Source: a candidate division FCPU426 bacterium (GTDB lineage Bacteria > Oederibacteriota > Muellerivitia > Muellerivitales > Muellerivitaceae). Taken from it: a DNA stretch of 64,000 bases. Below the pieces are notes generated by a model, which worked only from the letters and a program-made list of their open reading frames with translations, was not told the origin of the DNA and did no database searches. The translations under genes and the position numbers were made by a program. Every line of letters begins with the position of its first letter. The first letter of the stretch is position 1. This document shows positions 1 to 11,529 of this stretch, piece after piece. Location: NCBI GenBank assembly GCA_963719085.1, contig CAVRAL010000001.1, forward strand, positions 768,001 through 832,000, given 5' to 3'.

Positions 1-183
1 CATTATTATCAAGTGGGGGTTCAGTATTTTAATCAAAACAACCTGTCCGCCGCTCTTTATGCCGCCCGTAAAGCCGAGGAGTTGGACCCGGATAATTACG
101 ACATTAAGGATCTTTTGAGAAAATTGGACACGACCCATAGCCAGGGCCTGGTTTCTCAAGACGAGGGAGCGAGTCTCAAATGA
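1..183 (+). CDS. Partial (3' end) TPR-containing protein
   Basis: Frame 1 is open from base 1 (HYYQVGVQYFNQNNLSAALYAARKAEELDPDN..., TPR-like) to TGA at 181-183, with an ATGA overlap onto the next ORF. Confidence 0.7.
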   Translation, partial: HYYQVGVQYFNQNNLSAALYAARKAEELDPDNYDIKDLLRKLDTTHSQGLVSQDEGASLK

Positions 184-827
184 AAATGAACCGGTTTTGT
201 TTGATCCTTGTTTTTTCATTTTTCTTTTTCCCCGGGTTTGGGCGCTGTCAAACGCCCGCGTCCGAGCCGACCCCCGGAGCCGTGACAGGGGATTCCCTTT
301 ATCAGCAGGCCTTGGACACTTATTTGAACGGGGATTATGACCAGGCGATTCTTTTGGCGGCCAAAGCGGTCCAAGCCGATCCTCAAAATCAAAAAGCCCA
401 AAATCTTTTAACGCTTCTCACCAATGAAAAGAAGGACATCGGTAAATATGAAATTTGGTTGTCCGGCCAAGGCGGCAAGGCGGCGACGCCGATCGATGAC
501 TCGGCGGGCGTGAACGCGGACGCGGGGATTCAGGACCAAATCCAGAAGGTTCAACAACACTTCAATTATTTTTATACGGCCCAGACCCGTGAAAATGGAC
601 AGTTTCAGGGACAAATTCAAGCGGTTTCGGAATTGCTTCGGGAAAACTCCAACCACCAGTACGACGAATTGCGGAAATCACAAAACGATTTGATCGGTCA
701 AGTTCAAGTGATCAGCCAGGGCCATGATCGAAGCTTATGGATCCTTTATTTTTTGTGTTTCATGAGCATGCTGCTGTCCTTCTGTGCGCTTTGGGCTATG
801 CTCCGAGGCCCCCGGGGCCGTGCCTAA
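180..827 (+). CDS. Exported TPR protein with Gln-rich coiled coil and C-terminal TM helix
   Basis: Signal peptide; TPR-like LYQQALDTYLNGDYDQAILLAAKAVQADPQN; hydrophobic C-terminus. Confidence 0.75.
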   Translation: MKMNRFCLILVFSFFFFPGFGRCQTPASEPTPGAVTGDSLYQQALDTYLNGDYDQAILLAAKAVQADPQNQKAQNLLTLLTNEKKDIGKYEIWLSGQGGKAATPIDDSAGVNADAGIQDQIQKVQQHFNYFYTAQTRENGQFQGQIQAVSELLRENSNHQYDELRKSQNDLIGQVQVISQGHDRSLWILYFLCFMSMLLSFCALWAMLRGPRGRA

Positions 828-853
828 GCCTTCCCTTACGGATCTTTACTTCC

Positions 854-882
854 TTGTTTTAACCCGACTCTTCGCTTAGAAT
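854..882 (+). promoter_or_regulatory. Putative sigma70 promoter upstream of purA
   Basis: TTGTTT (854-859), 17-nt spacer, TAGAAT (877-882). Confidence 0.45.
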
Positions 883-901
883 GTGCCAGCTTATCGACTT
901 T

Positions 902-2283
<1,382 letters not shown>

Positions 2284-2371
2284 CCGCCTCTTTTTGATTT
2301 TTTATAAAAAAGTATAATTCGGCGGTCGGTTGTCAGTATACTTTCGGTTCTTCTGTTGGAGGGTTTTGGGT

Positions 2372-2444
2372 GAGTCGTTAGCTCAGCTGGTAGAGCACCA
2401 CACTTTTAATGTGGGTGTCCCGGGTTCGATCCCCGGACGACTCA
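2372..2444 (+). tRNA. tRNA-Lys(UUU); CCA not fully encoded (followed by CCG)
   Basis: Acceptor GAGTCGT/ACGACTC, anticodon arm CCACA-CT TTT AA-TGTGG, T-loop TTCGATC. Confidence 0.96.
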
Positions 2445-2524
2445 CCGAGAACCCTCTTGAAATTTCCCCTGCTGGATCCCGAAGCGCTAGCTTAGTTTTT
2501 GTAGGACCTGATCAAGGAGCTTCC

Positions 2525-3106
2525 ATGTCAGCGACCCAATCCACCATGCTGGCCCTGGGCACCCAGGCGCCCGATTTTTCGCTCCCGGATGTGCGCACCG
2601 GCGCTATGGTCTCGCCCAAGGATTTTTTGGGCAAGCGGGGATTGTTGGTCATGTTCATTTGCGCCCATTGCCCCTATGTGAAGCATATCCAGGAAGAAAT
2701 CGCCCGGGTGGGGAAGGACTTTGGCCCGAAGGGCATCGCCTTCATCGCGGTTGGCTCCAATGACGCGGTGAATTATCCCGACGATGGGCCCCTGGGACTC
2801 AGGGCCCAGGCCGAGCGCTTTGGTTTTGACTTTCCCTATGTTTTTGACGAGACCCAGAACGTCGCCAAGGCCTACCGGGCGGCCTGCACCCCGGAGTTTT
2901 ACCTCTTTGACGCTTCCCAAAAGCTTTATTACCGCGGCCAGCTGGACGATAGCCGGCCTAAAAACACCCTGCCCGTGACCGGCCAGGACCTTCGCGCGGC
3001 CTTGGACTCGCTCTTGACCGGTCAAACTGCCCCCGGCGACCAAAAACCAAGTATTGGCTGTAATATAAAATGGAAAAAGGGAAACGAGCCGGATTACTTC
3101 GGCTAA
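2525..3106 (+). CDS. Thioredoxin-fold/peroxiredoxin-like redoxin (AhpC/TSA type)
   Basis: FICAHCPYV, YRAACTPEF and PSIGCNIKWK motifs; AGGAG before ATG 2525. The longer ORF from 2330 overlaps the tRNA. Confidence 0.9.
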   Translation: MSATQSTMLALGTQAPDFSLPDVRTGAMVSPKDFLGKRGLLVMFICAHCPYVKHIQEEIARVGKDFGPKGIAFIAVGSNDAVNYPDDGPLGLRAQAERFGFDFPYVFDETQNVAKAYRAACTPEFYLFDASQKLYYRGQLDDSRPKNTLPVTGQDLRAALDSLLTGQTAPGDQKPSIGCNIKWKKGNEPDYFG

Positions 3107-3195
3107 TGGCCCAAGACAGCCTTCCAATATCCCTGTTTTTATTTTTAACCAATTGGTTTATCATTAATCGATCAAATCAAAGTTAAGGTGTTCAT

Positions 3196-5673
3196 TTGAA
3201 CGTTCCACATAGGCTGAAAACCTTTTTGGACGATGTTTTGCTGAAAGCCATTGGGGACATCGGTGAGGGCATCCTTGTTTTAGAGGGTACCCGAATTGTC
3301 TATGCCAACGAGACTTTTCAGGAAATGACGGGCTATTCGGAAGCCCAACTCCTCGATAATTCCTCCTTCTTCGATCTTCTGGAAGACCTGAATAAAGAAA
3401 AACATCTTGAGAAGATCGCGGCCTTCCGAAAAAATCCAAAGGGTTTGCTCCGCTTCCAAGCTTCCATTCATGCCGATTCCATTCGAATGATTTCTGCTGA
3501 AATCACATTGACCGTTTTAAAAGATGATCCCCAAGACCGGATGGTGGCCCTGGTCCGTGATATTTCAGACCAGAAGCGGCTGCAAGAGGCGGTGAAGGAC
3601 CAAGAAGTTCAATATAAGCTTCTTTTTAAAAACAACCCGAATCCCATGTTCATTTACGACTTGGAGAACTTGAGGATTTTGTCGGTCAACGACGCCGCGA
3701 TTCAAAAATACGGTTATACGGAAAAAGAATTCCTCAAAATGACGTTGAAGGACCTTCGGCGCGAGGAGGATGTCCCGAAGCTTTTGGAGCTTTTAGACGG
3801 CCTGAAAACAGGCGTCAATGTTTTAAAAGACACCGTGATCCACCGCAAAAAAGACTCGAGCTTGATCGAGGTGGAGGTGATTTCCCATTCCACGCTTTTC
3901 GAGGGAAAGGCCGCGCGGGTCATGATGGCCTACGATATGACCGAAAGCCGGAAAGCTGAAAGCGCCCTGCGCGAGAGCGAGCAAAAATTTCGGGAGCTTT
4001 TTAATAACGCCAATGACGCGATTTTTTTATACACCCTGTCTGATGACGCGATCCCGGGTAAGTTTTTGGAAGTGAATGATATCGCCTGTCAAAAATTGGG
4101 ATACAGCCGCGCCGAGCTTCTGACCATGACTCCTTTAGATATCGTGGCGCCGGAAGACTTAAATGAAATGCCGAAGATTTACAAAAAGTCCCTCCGCCAA
4201 GAGCACATCACCTACGAGAAGATTCACGTCACCAAGACGGGGCTTAAAATCCCGGTGGAAGTGAACTCGCATACCTTTCTTCGCAACGGGCAAAAGGCCG
4301 TGCTTTCCATCGCCCGGGATGTCACCGACCGCAAGCGGGCCGAGGAAACCATCCGCCGGCAGGCCTATTACGACCCCTTAACCAATCTGCCCAATCGGAC
4401 CCTTTTTAAAGACCGCCTGGAACAGGCCATGAGCCACGCCCATCGAAACAAGCAGTCCCTGGGCGTGATCATTCTCGACTTGGACCGCTTCAAAAATATC
4501 AACGAGACCTTGGGGCATATTTTGGGGGACCGGCTTTTAGTGGCGGTGGCCGAAAGATTGATCGGATCCATGCAGGAAGGGGAAACCATCGCCCGTTTTG
4601 GCGGGGACGAGTTCACTTTGCTTTTGCCCCAAGTCAATCAAGTGGATGAAACCACCCAACATGCCCAGAAGATTCTTGAGATTCTGGCCGAGCCTTTTCG
4701 AATCAACGATCATGAACTGCACTTGACGACCAGTATGGGAGTCGCTTTTTACCCCGATGACGGTGAAAACGCTGAAATCTTGCTGAAAAACGCCGAGACC
4801 GCCATGTACCGGGCCAAGGAGCAAGGCCGCAATAACTTCCAGCTTTACGCCTCCGTCATGAATGTGAGCGCCTTTAAACAGCTGCTAATGGAAAACAGCC
4901 TTCGCCGGGCTTTGGAAAAAGAGGAGTTCGTCGTTCATTATCAACCGCAGATTGATTTGGTCAGCCGCCAGATGGTGGGGGTAGAGGCTTTGGTGCGTTG
5001 GCAGCATCCGGATTTAGGATTGGTTTTTCCGACCGAATTTATCGGGTTGGCCGAGGACACCGGTTTGATTGTCCCCATCGGGGAATGGATGATTAAAAAA
5101 GTCTGCCAGCAAAATAAAAAATGGCAGGACATGGGGCTTCCCAAAGTCTGCATTTCGGTCAACTTGTCCGCTCGGCAGTTCCAACAGCGCAATTTGGTGA
5201 CCTCGATCGCCAAGGTCATCGCCGAGACGGGCCTGGACGCCCAATATGTGGGTTTTGAGATTACTGAGAGCATCGCCATGAAGAACGCCGATTTCACCAT
5301 TTCGGCCTTGAATGAGCTTCAAAAAATGAAGATTCATCTTTCACTGGATGATTTTGGAACGGGTTATTCCTCGTTGAGCTACCTCAAAAGGTTTCCGTTG
5401 GAGACCCTGAAAATCGACCGCTCGTTTGTGCGGGATATCGCCACCGACCCCAATGACGCGGCCATCGTGACCGCGGTCATCGCTTTGGCCCACAGCTTAA
5501 AGCTGAGCGTGGTGGCCGAGGGCGTGGAGACGGAGGGTCAACTGGCGTTTCTCAAGAGCCATCAATGCGACCAGGTTCAGGGCTATTACTTCAGCCATCC
5601 CTTGTCCGAAGAACAGTTTTTCAGGATGTTGAAAGAGATGAAGAACAGCCAGGTGCCGCAGGCAAAGGCCTGA
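3196..5673 (+). CDS. PAS-PAS-PAS GGDEF-EAL diguanylate cyclase/phosphodiesterase
   Basis: Three PAS repeats; YDPLTNLPNR, RFGGDEF, VEALVRW and DDFGTGYSS all intact; no RxxD I-site (QEGE instead). Confidence 0.95.
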   Translation: MNVPHRLKTFLDDVLLKAIGDIGEGILVLEGTRIVYANETFQEMTGYSEAQLLDNSSFFDLLEDLNKEKHLEKIAAFRKNPKGLLRFQASIHADSIRMISAEITLTVLKDDPQDRMVALVRDISDQKRLQEAVKDQEVQYKLLFKNNPNPMFIYDLENLRILSVNDAAIQKYGYTEKEFLKMTLKDLRREEDVPKLLELLDGLKTGVNVLKDTVIHRKKDSSLIEVEVISHSTLFEGKAARVMMAYDMTESRKAESALRESEQKFRELFNNANDAIFLYTLSDDAIPGKFLEVNDIACQKLGYSRAELLTMTPLDIVAPEDLNEMPKIYKKSLRQEHITYEKIHVTKTGLKIPVEVNSHTFLRNGQKAVLSIARDVTDRKRAEETIRRQAYYDPLTNLPNRTLFKDRLEQAMSHAHRNKQSLGVIILDLDRFKNINETLGHILGDRLLVAVAERLIGSMQEGETIARFGGDEFTLLLPQVNQVDETTQHAQKILEILAEPFRINDHELHLTTSMGVAFYPDDGENAEILLKNAETAMYRAKEQGRNNFQLYASVMNVSAFKQLLMENSLRRALEKEEFVVHYQPQIDLVSRQMVGVEALVRWQHPDLGLVFPTEFIGLAEDTGLIVPIGEWMIKKVCQQNKKWQDMGLPKVCISVNLSARQFQQRNLVTSIAKVIAETGLDAQYVGFEITESIAMKNADFTISALNELQKMKIHLSLDDFGTGYSSLSYLKRFPLETLKIDRSFVRDIATDPNDAAIVTAVIALAHSLKLSVVAEGVETEGQLAFLKSHQCDQVQGYYFSHPLSEEQFFRMLKEMKNSQVPQAKA

Positions 5674-5734
5674 GGTTTAGCGGAACTTTCGCCCCATCTC
5701 CAACTCGTTCACGATGGGAAATTACCTTAAACAA

Positions 5735-6196
5735 TTAACGCCGGGAGCGGTTTTTGAGGGCCCGGTCGATATCGCGGTTGGCTTCTTTTTCCTTCAGCTT
5801 GTCCCGCTTGTCTTTGACGTTCTTACCCTTGGCGACCGACAATTGAATCTTTACTCGCCCGTCTTTGAAGTAAAGCTTCACCGGCACCAGGGTGAGGCCC
5901 TTTTCTTGAACCTTGCTGGTGAGATGTTCGATTTGAGAGCGGTTGAGTAATAGTTTTCGGGCCCGCGTGGGATCGGGATTGTAGCGGTTGCCCTGCGCGT
6001 AGGGGGTGACGTGCATCCCATAGAGGAAGATTTCGCCGTTTTCCACCCGGGCAAAACTGTCCTGGAGGTTGGCTTTTCCCAGGCGGATGGATTTCACCTC
6101 ACAGCCCACCAGGGCAATGCCGGCTTCCAGGCTTTCCAGGATGAAATAATCGTGGAAAGCCTTTCGGTTTTGCTGACTGGGCGCGCGTTCAGGCAT
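5735..6196 (-). CDS. smpB: SsrA-binding protein
   Basis: NRKAFHDYFI, EAGIALVGCEVKS and RKLLL motifs. Confidence 0.97.
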   Translation of the reverse strand: MPERAPSQQNRKAFHDYFILESLEAGIALVGCEVKSIRLGKANLQDSFARVENGEIFLYGMHVTPYAQGNRYNPDPTRARKLLLNRSQIEHLTSKVQEKGLTLVPVKLYFKDGRVKIQLSVAKGKNVKDKRDKLKEKEANRDIDRALKNRSRR

Positions 6197-8216
6197 ATTC
6201 TTTGGACAGGGTCAACCTTTGAAGGATGGGATCCACGGACACGACTCGGGTTTTCATTCTTTCGCCGTAGCGGACAAAAGAACCCCGTTGGCCGCGTAAG
6301 ACCATGGATTTCTCATCAAATTGATAATCATCATCGGTTAAATTTTCAATGGGCACAAAGCCTTCCAAACCGTAGGGCTCCATATCCACATAAACCCCGT
6401 GGGCGGTCATGTGGCGGACCAAGCCGGTGAAGATTTGGCCGACCTTGTCTTCCATGAACTTCAATTGCTTGATGCGCTGGCTTTCGCGCTCGGCCTTTTC
6501 GGCTTGGCGCTCTTGCAGGGAACAGTGGTGGGCCAATTTTTCATAGTGATGGATGTCGCCCTTGATCTTGGCCTTATCGAAAGACTTTTTAAGCGCCCGA
6601 TGGACCACCAGGTCCGGATAACGGCGGATGGGGGAAGTAAAATGACAATAGGACTTCAGGCCCAATCCGAAATGGCCCGCGTTATTGGAGGAGTAAACCG
6701 CCAATTTGAGGGATCTCAGCGACAAAATGGAGATGACCGGTTCCAGCGGGTGGCCCTTGACCGATTCCATCAAATGCCGCAAGCCGATCGGCGTGGTGAG
6801 GTCCTTTTTCTCGAAGGGAATCCGGTAAGCCTGCATCAAGGCGATGATTTCTTCCAAATCCTTCATGTCCGGAGGCTCGTGGATGCGGTACATGGCCGGA
6901 AGATGGTTTTCGCTTAAGTAGGTGGCGACGGCTTCATTGGCGGCCACCATGAAATCCTCGATTAACTTATGGGTTTCCAAACGTTCGGTTTTTTTGACAT
7001 CAATCGGGTTTCCGGCGGCGTCTAAAACCACCCGAATTTCCGGGAAATCAAAATCAAGGGCGCCGGCGGTTTCCCGGCCCTTTCGGATTAAATGGGATAA
7101 CTTCAACATTTCCCGCAGCATCGGTTCTAAGTCGGAATACTTCTGTTTGACTTGATCTGTGGCGGTTTTATTCAAAACGTCTTGGACTTCCTGATAGGTG
7201 CCCCGGCGGAAACTTTGAATCACGGAAGCGCAAAATTCTGTTTTTAACTGCTTGCCCGAAGGCGAATAAATTAAAAAGGCGCTGAGGGTCAAGCGGGGGA
7301 CGCCTTCGCGCAAAGAGCAAAGTCCATCCGATAGTTCGTGGGGAAGCATGGGCAAAACCCGGTCGGCTAAATAAAGGCTGGTCGACCTGGCTTGGGCATC
7401 GACGTCCAAGGGGCTGGTTTCGCGCACATAATGGGACACGTCGGCGATGTGAACCCCTAAGCGGTAATTGCCCTCGGGTGTGGTTTCCAGCGAGATGGCG
7501 TCGTCAAAATCCTTCGCGTCGGCGCCGTCAATGGTGAGGATGGGTGTTTTTCGAAGATCCAAACGGCCTTCCCAGTCTTTTGGCTGAGGATCCGGGGGCA
7601 GGGCCAGGGTTTCGGACATCGCGCCTTTCGAGAAGGAAGTCGGCCATTGATATTTGAAGATGACCGTTTTCATATCAACGCCCGGCTCATTGGGAAAGCC
7701 GAGGATTTCGGTCACGGTGCCTTGAAGAATCTCGGTGGCGCTGGGCCAATGGGTGATTTGGGCGACGGCCTTTTGGCCTTCTTTTCCATGGGCCGGCCAG
7801 CTTTTGAGGGCGACCATATCGGTCAGGCGCGCGTCATCCGGCTTTAAAAAAGCCCGGCCTTGCTCTTTGACCAGGGTTCCCACCAAGCTTTGATAGGCCC
7901 TTTTTTCAATGGAGAGGGTTTCGGCGATGAATTTACCGGCCTTGCGGGGATCGTTCATGACCCGGGCCTTGATGGTGTCGCCATTCATAATATCCCGCAT
8001 TTGATGGGGAGGGATGAAGGCGTCCGGTGAGCCGTCTTGGGGGATTAAGAACCCGAATCCCTTTTCATTGGCTTGAACAATGCCCAATACCTCATAGCCG
8101 CCGGAGGGTTTGTCTTTATGTGAGCGGTTTTCGTGGGAAGAATGTCCCGGGGCCTTGCCTCTGCGTCCGGAGCCTGAGGAAGAAGAGCGGTTTCTTGATC
8201 TGTTTTTTTTCGGCAT
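6189..8216 (-). CDS. rnr: Ribonuclease R
   Basis: Cold-shock domains, TIDGADAKDFDDA, HFTSPIRRYPD, C-terminal S1 domain; adjacent to smpB. Confidence 0.95.
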   Translation of the reverse strand: MPKKNRSRNRSSSSGSGRRGKAPGHSSHENRSHKDKPSGGYEVLGIVQANEKGFGFLIPQDGSPDAFIPPHQMRDIMNGDTIKARVMNDPRKAGKFIAETLSIEKRAYQSLVGTLVKEQGRAFLKPDDARLTDMVALKSWPAHGKEGQKAVAQITHWPSATEILQGTVTEILGFPNEPGVDMKTVIFKYQWPTSFSKGAMSETLALPPDPQPKDWEGRLDLRKTPILTIDGADAKDFDDAISLETTPEGNYRLGVHIADVSHYVRETSPLDVDAQARSTSLYLADRVLPMLPHELSDGLCSLREGVPRLTLSAFLIYSPSGKQLKTEFCASVIQSFRRGTYQEVQDVLNKTATDQVKQKYSDLEPMLREMLKLSHLIRKGRETAGALDFDFPEIRVVLDAAGNPIDVKKTERLETHKLIEDFMVAANEAVATYLSENHLPAMYRIHEPPDMKDLEEIIALMQAYRIPFEKKDLTTPIGLRHLMESVKGHPLEPVISILSLRSLKLAVYSSNNAGHFGLGLKSYCHFTSPIRRYPDLVVHRALKKSFDKAKIKGDIHHYEKLAHHCSLQERQAEKAERESQRIKQLKFMEDKVGQIFTGLVRHMTAHGVYVDMEPYGLEGFVPIENLTDDDYQFDEKSMVLRGQRGSFVRYGERMKTRVVSVDPILQRLTLSKEYA

Positions 8217-8348
8217 GTCTTTTTTAATCCTGTTCGTGTGTTTGATAGTTCTTTATTTTAAAGAGAGCGTCCAAAACAAGGTAAGAACGACTTGCGTTTC
8301 TCGGAAGAAGAGCAGTTTGTCTTGAATTTGACGTGCGGGGCCCATTGC

Positions 8349-8377
8349 TTGACACCCATCGGACGCTACTTTATACT
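8349..8377 (+). promoter_or_regulatory. Near-consensus sigma70 promoter for tRNA-Leu
   Basis: TTGACA (8349-8354), 17-nt spacer, TATACT (8372-8377). Confidence 0.8.
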
Positions 8378-8432
8378 ACGGCCTCTTTTTACACAAGGTT
8401 CCCTCAGTTTGAAAAGTTGAACGGTTCACCAG

Positions 8433-8519
8433 GCGGAAGTGGCGAAATTGGCAGACGCACTAGATTCAGGTTCTAGCGGGGGCAACCCCATGGGGGTTCA
8501 ACTCCCCCCTTCCGCACCA
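8433..8519 (+). tRNA. tRNA-Leu(CAG)
   Basis: Acceptor GCGGAAG/CTTCCGC, anticodon arm CTAGA-TT CAG GT-TCTAG, long variable arm, CCA encoded. Confidence 0.96.
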
Positions 8520-8575
8520 GTTTCTGGTGCTTCCAGCCCCGTCTTTTTCAAAAAGTACGATTTTGGACAATCCCT

Positions 8576-11182
8576 TTGAAATCTGATTTAAATTCTCCGG
8601 TCCTTTCCACTGTTCATCAAGTCCGTTTGTCCAATGGCGCCACCCTTCTCATTAAAAAAGACACTTCGGTTCCCGTGGTCTCGCTCAATCTTTGGGTCGA
8701 GGCCGGTTCCATCGACGAAATGCCGACGGAACGGGGAATGGCGCACCTGATTGAGCACATGATCTTCAAAGGCACTCAAAAACGGGGCGTGGGGGAGATC
8801 TCCCGGGATGTGGAAGCGGCGGGCGGCTATCTCAACGCCTTCACCAGTTTCGAGCACACTTGCTTTTATATCGTTCTTCCCAGCGCGCAAATTTTTAAGG
8901 CACTGGATATCCAGTTCGACGCTTTTTTAAATTCCACCTTTGACGCGGGCGAGCTGGAAAAGGAAAAGGAAGTTGTTTTTGAGGAAATGAAGATGCGCAA
9001 AGATGATCCTTGGAGCTGGTCCTGGGAATTATTGTTCAAGGCCGTGTTTAAAAAAAATCCCTATCATTGGCCCGTCATCGGGGATGAGAAAGTTTTAAAA
9101 GCCGTGCCCCGCCAAAATCTCCAAGACTATTACAAGCGCCATTATGTCCCGGAGAAAACGGTCATTTGCGTGGTGGGGGACGTCTCCATTGAGGAGACCG
9201 AAAAATGGGTTCGGGACCATTTTGAAAATGTCTCGCGGCCGGCTCCGCACGGACGCGGCTTTGAGATGGACCAGGAGCCCCGGGCGCTTCAGTTTTTGGA
9301 CCAGCCGGGGGATGTTCAACAATATTATGTCTCGCTGGCTTTTCCCACCGTGTCCATCGACCATCCGGACGCCGCGGCCCTGGAAATATTGGAATCCATC
9401 CTTTCCGACGGCGGCTCCAGCCGCTTAAGCCTTTCGATTCGGGAAGGCAGCCGGTCGGCCGATGAGGTGGGCGCCGATCATTTCACGGGAAAATACGGCG
9501 GGTCCTTTGTCTTTCAGGCCGCGACCGATCGAAAAAGAGTGGAGCGCTTTTTGACCGAAGTGATGGGGCAGGTGGCCAAGCTCAATGAAGCGGACGCGGC
9601 CCCGGATGAGCTTCATAAAATAAAAACACGCATCAAGGCTTCCAAAATATACGAGAAGCAAAGCGTGGATGGACAGGCGAAATCCTTGGGCTATTGGCAG
9701 TTGCAGGGGGATTACCGGCTGGAGGAAAAGTTTTTGGCCGCCTTGGACGCCGTGACGGCTTCCGACCTAAAGCGGGTTTCCCAAAAGTATTTACGGCCCC
9801 ACCGGGCCACGCTTCTTTTTTACCGTCCGGCGTCGGATAAGGCCTTTGCCCCGGGCACTTCTTGGCAAAGCTTACTTCAGGACGCTTTGTCTCCCGCCGC
9901 GCCGCCGGCCTCATCGCCCGTTCAAAAACGCGAATCGCTTCAAAGGTTTCGCCTTTCGAACGGATCAAAACTTTTGATCCGGGAGAGGCATGAGGTTCCT
10001 TTGGTTTCCTTGGGGGTTTATCTGAAGGGCGGATTCCGGGACGAACCCGCGCGGCAAAGCGGTTTGACCGCCTTGATGACCAAGGCATTGCTCAAGGGAA
10101 CCGAGAAAAAATCTTACGGCGAATATTCCCGGGCCGTGGAGCGGCTGGCGGCGCATGTGGACCCCATACTGGAAAAAGATTATTGGGGCCTGACGGTTGA
10201 GAGCTTGAGCGATCAGTTCGCCGAATCCTTCGCCTTGATGACGGAAACGCTTTTAACGCCCGCTTTTTTAAAAGCGGAAGTGGAGAAGGAAAAGCAAATG
10301 CAATTGGCCGCCCTCAAGCGGCTCAAGGACGATCCGGCCGAATACGCGCTTTTGCAATCCGATGTCTTGTCTTTCGCGGGAACTTGTTACGCCCATCCGC
10401 CTCAAGGAACCCCGGAGTCGGTTGTCCGATTGACCAGGGATCATGTCATTCATTGGTATAAGAAGTTTTTATTCGCGTCGAACATGACCTGGGTGGTGGT
10501 GGGGGATGTGGATCCGTTGAAGGTTAAAAAAATGATCGAGGATTCATTTGCCCGGGTTCCGAAAAAGATGACGGAAAAGTCCCGGGGCCCGATCCGGCCG
10601 GTGTCGTCAAAATTAAAGTCCTCATTTGAGAAAAGCAAGAGCCAGCAGTCGAACATGGTTTTGGGTTTCCGCGCGCCGCACTTTAACCAGGAGGATTATT
10701 TTGTCTTCCGGGTCCTGAATACTTTATTGAATGGAATGGGGGGGCGGCTTTTCGTTGAGTTGCGCGAAAAGAACAGTTTGGCTTACAGCGTCTTCGCCGC
10801 TCATGAAGCCTTGGAGTACGCCGGCATCTATCAAATTTATATTGGATGCGCCCCGGGGAAACAAGAAATGGTGAAAAGGGAAATGGCTCGAGTCTTGACG
10901 CGGATCATTGAGGAACCGATCCCGGCCGATGAGCTGAAACGGGCGAAGACTTATATGATCGGTCTTTACCAATTAGGTTTGCAGGCGAACCGTTCCCAGG
11001 CGGGTTCCTTCGCTCGGTATGAGTTGATCGGGCCCGGCGCCGAAGTGGTGCAGGATTTTTCGAAGCGGGTGGAGCGGGTGAGCGCGGATCAGATTAAAAA
11101 AGCCGCCCGTCAATACTTAAAACTCAAAGAGTCCAATTGGGTGATCTTATCGCCCGATTCTTCTCGAAAGGCGAAAGGCTGA
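8576..11182 (+). CDS. M16 (pitrilysin-family) zinc protease with two fused halves
   Basis: HLIEH (HxxEH) in the N-terminal half; second M16 repeat lacks it; GRLFVELREKNSLAY motif. Confidence 0.93.
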   Translation: MKSDLNSPVLSTVHQVRLSNGATLLIKKDTSVPVVSLNLWVEAGSIDEMPTERGMAHLIEHMIFKGTQKRGVGEISRDVEAAGGYLNAFTSFEHTCFYIVLPSAQIFKALDIQFDAFLNSTFDAGELEKEKEVVFEEMKMRKDDPWSWSWELLFKAVFKKNPYHWPVIGDEKVLKAVPRQNLQDYYKRHYVPEKTVICVVGDVSIEETEKWVRDHFENVSRPAPHGRGFEMDQEPRALQFLDQPGDVQQYYVSLAFPTVSIDHPDAAALEILESILSDGGSSRLSLSIREGSRSADEVGADHFTGKYGGSFVFQAATDRKRVERFLTEVMGQVAKLNEADAAPDELHKIKTRIKASKIYEKQSVDGQAKSLGYWQLQGDYRLEEKFLAALDAVTASDLKRVSQKYLRPHRATLLFYRPASDKAFAPGTSWQSLLQDALSPAAPPASSPVQKRESLQRFRLSNGSKLLIRERHEVPLVSLGVYLKGGFRDEPARQSGLTALMTKALLKGTEKKSYGEYSRAVERLAAHVDPILEKDYWGLTVESLSDQFAESFALMTETLLTPAFLKAEVEKEKQMQLAALKRLKDDPAEYALLQSDVLSFAGTCYAHPPQGTPESVVRLTRDHVIHWYKKFLFASNMTWVVVGDVDPLKVKKMIEDSFARVPKKMTEKSRGPIRPVSSKLKSSFEKSKSQQSNMVLGFRAPHFNQEDYFVFRVLNTLLNGMGGRLFVELREKNSLAYSVFAAHEALEYAGIYQIYIGCAPGKQEMVKREMARVLTRIIEEPIPADELKRAKTYMIGLYQLGLQANRSQAGSFARYELIGPGAEVVQDFSKRVERVSADQIKKAARQYLKLKESNWVILSPDSSRKAKG

Positions 11183-11183
11183 C

Positions 11184-11486
11184 ATGTTCATTCTGGCGAA
11201 TTTATTGACGGCGCTGGCTAAATTGTTGGACACCCTTTTGGACTTGGCGCTGATTGTGATCCTGGTTCGGGTGGTTTTATCCTGGGCTAACGCCGACCCC
11301 TACAATGCCTTGGTTCGGGCTGTTTTGGCCCTTACAGAGCCGATTTTGGCCCCATTTAGGCGCCTGGTGCCGCCTTGGAAGCTGGGAGGCGTGGATTTGT
11401 CCCCTCTTTTTGCCGCCCTCACTATAGAATTATTACAATGGTTTCTTGTGCCAACGCTCTATGAGCTGGCTTCGCGAATCCAGTAA
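11184..11486 (+). CDS. yggT: YggT family membrane protein
   Basis: RVVLSW...DPYN...LTEPILAPFRR...GVDLSP pattern. Confidence 0.9.
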   Translation: MFILANLLTALAKLLDTLLDLALIVILVRVVLSWANADPYNALVRAVLALTEPILAPFRRLVPPWKLGGVDLSPLFAALTIELLQWFLVPTLYELASRIQ

Positions 11487-11529
11487 ATTCCTTTTAAAAA
11501 ACGCATTGATTGGCAGGAGATTTTAAATT

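Noticed and set aside
828..900. Purine riboswitch aptamer upstream of purA
   Set aside because: No recognisable three-way junction or conserved aptamer core, and the space is too short.
2330..2524. N-terminal extension of the redoxin ORF
   Set aside because: It overlaps tRNA-Lys; ATG 2525 has an AGGAG RBS and matches the family start.
5674..5734. tmRNA (ssrA) next to smpB
   Set aside because: The gap is only about 60 nt and has no tRNA-like ends.
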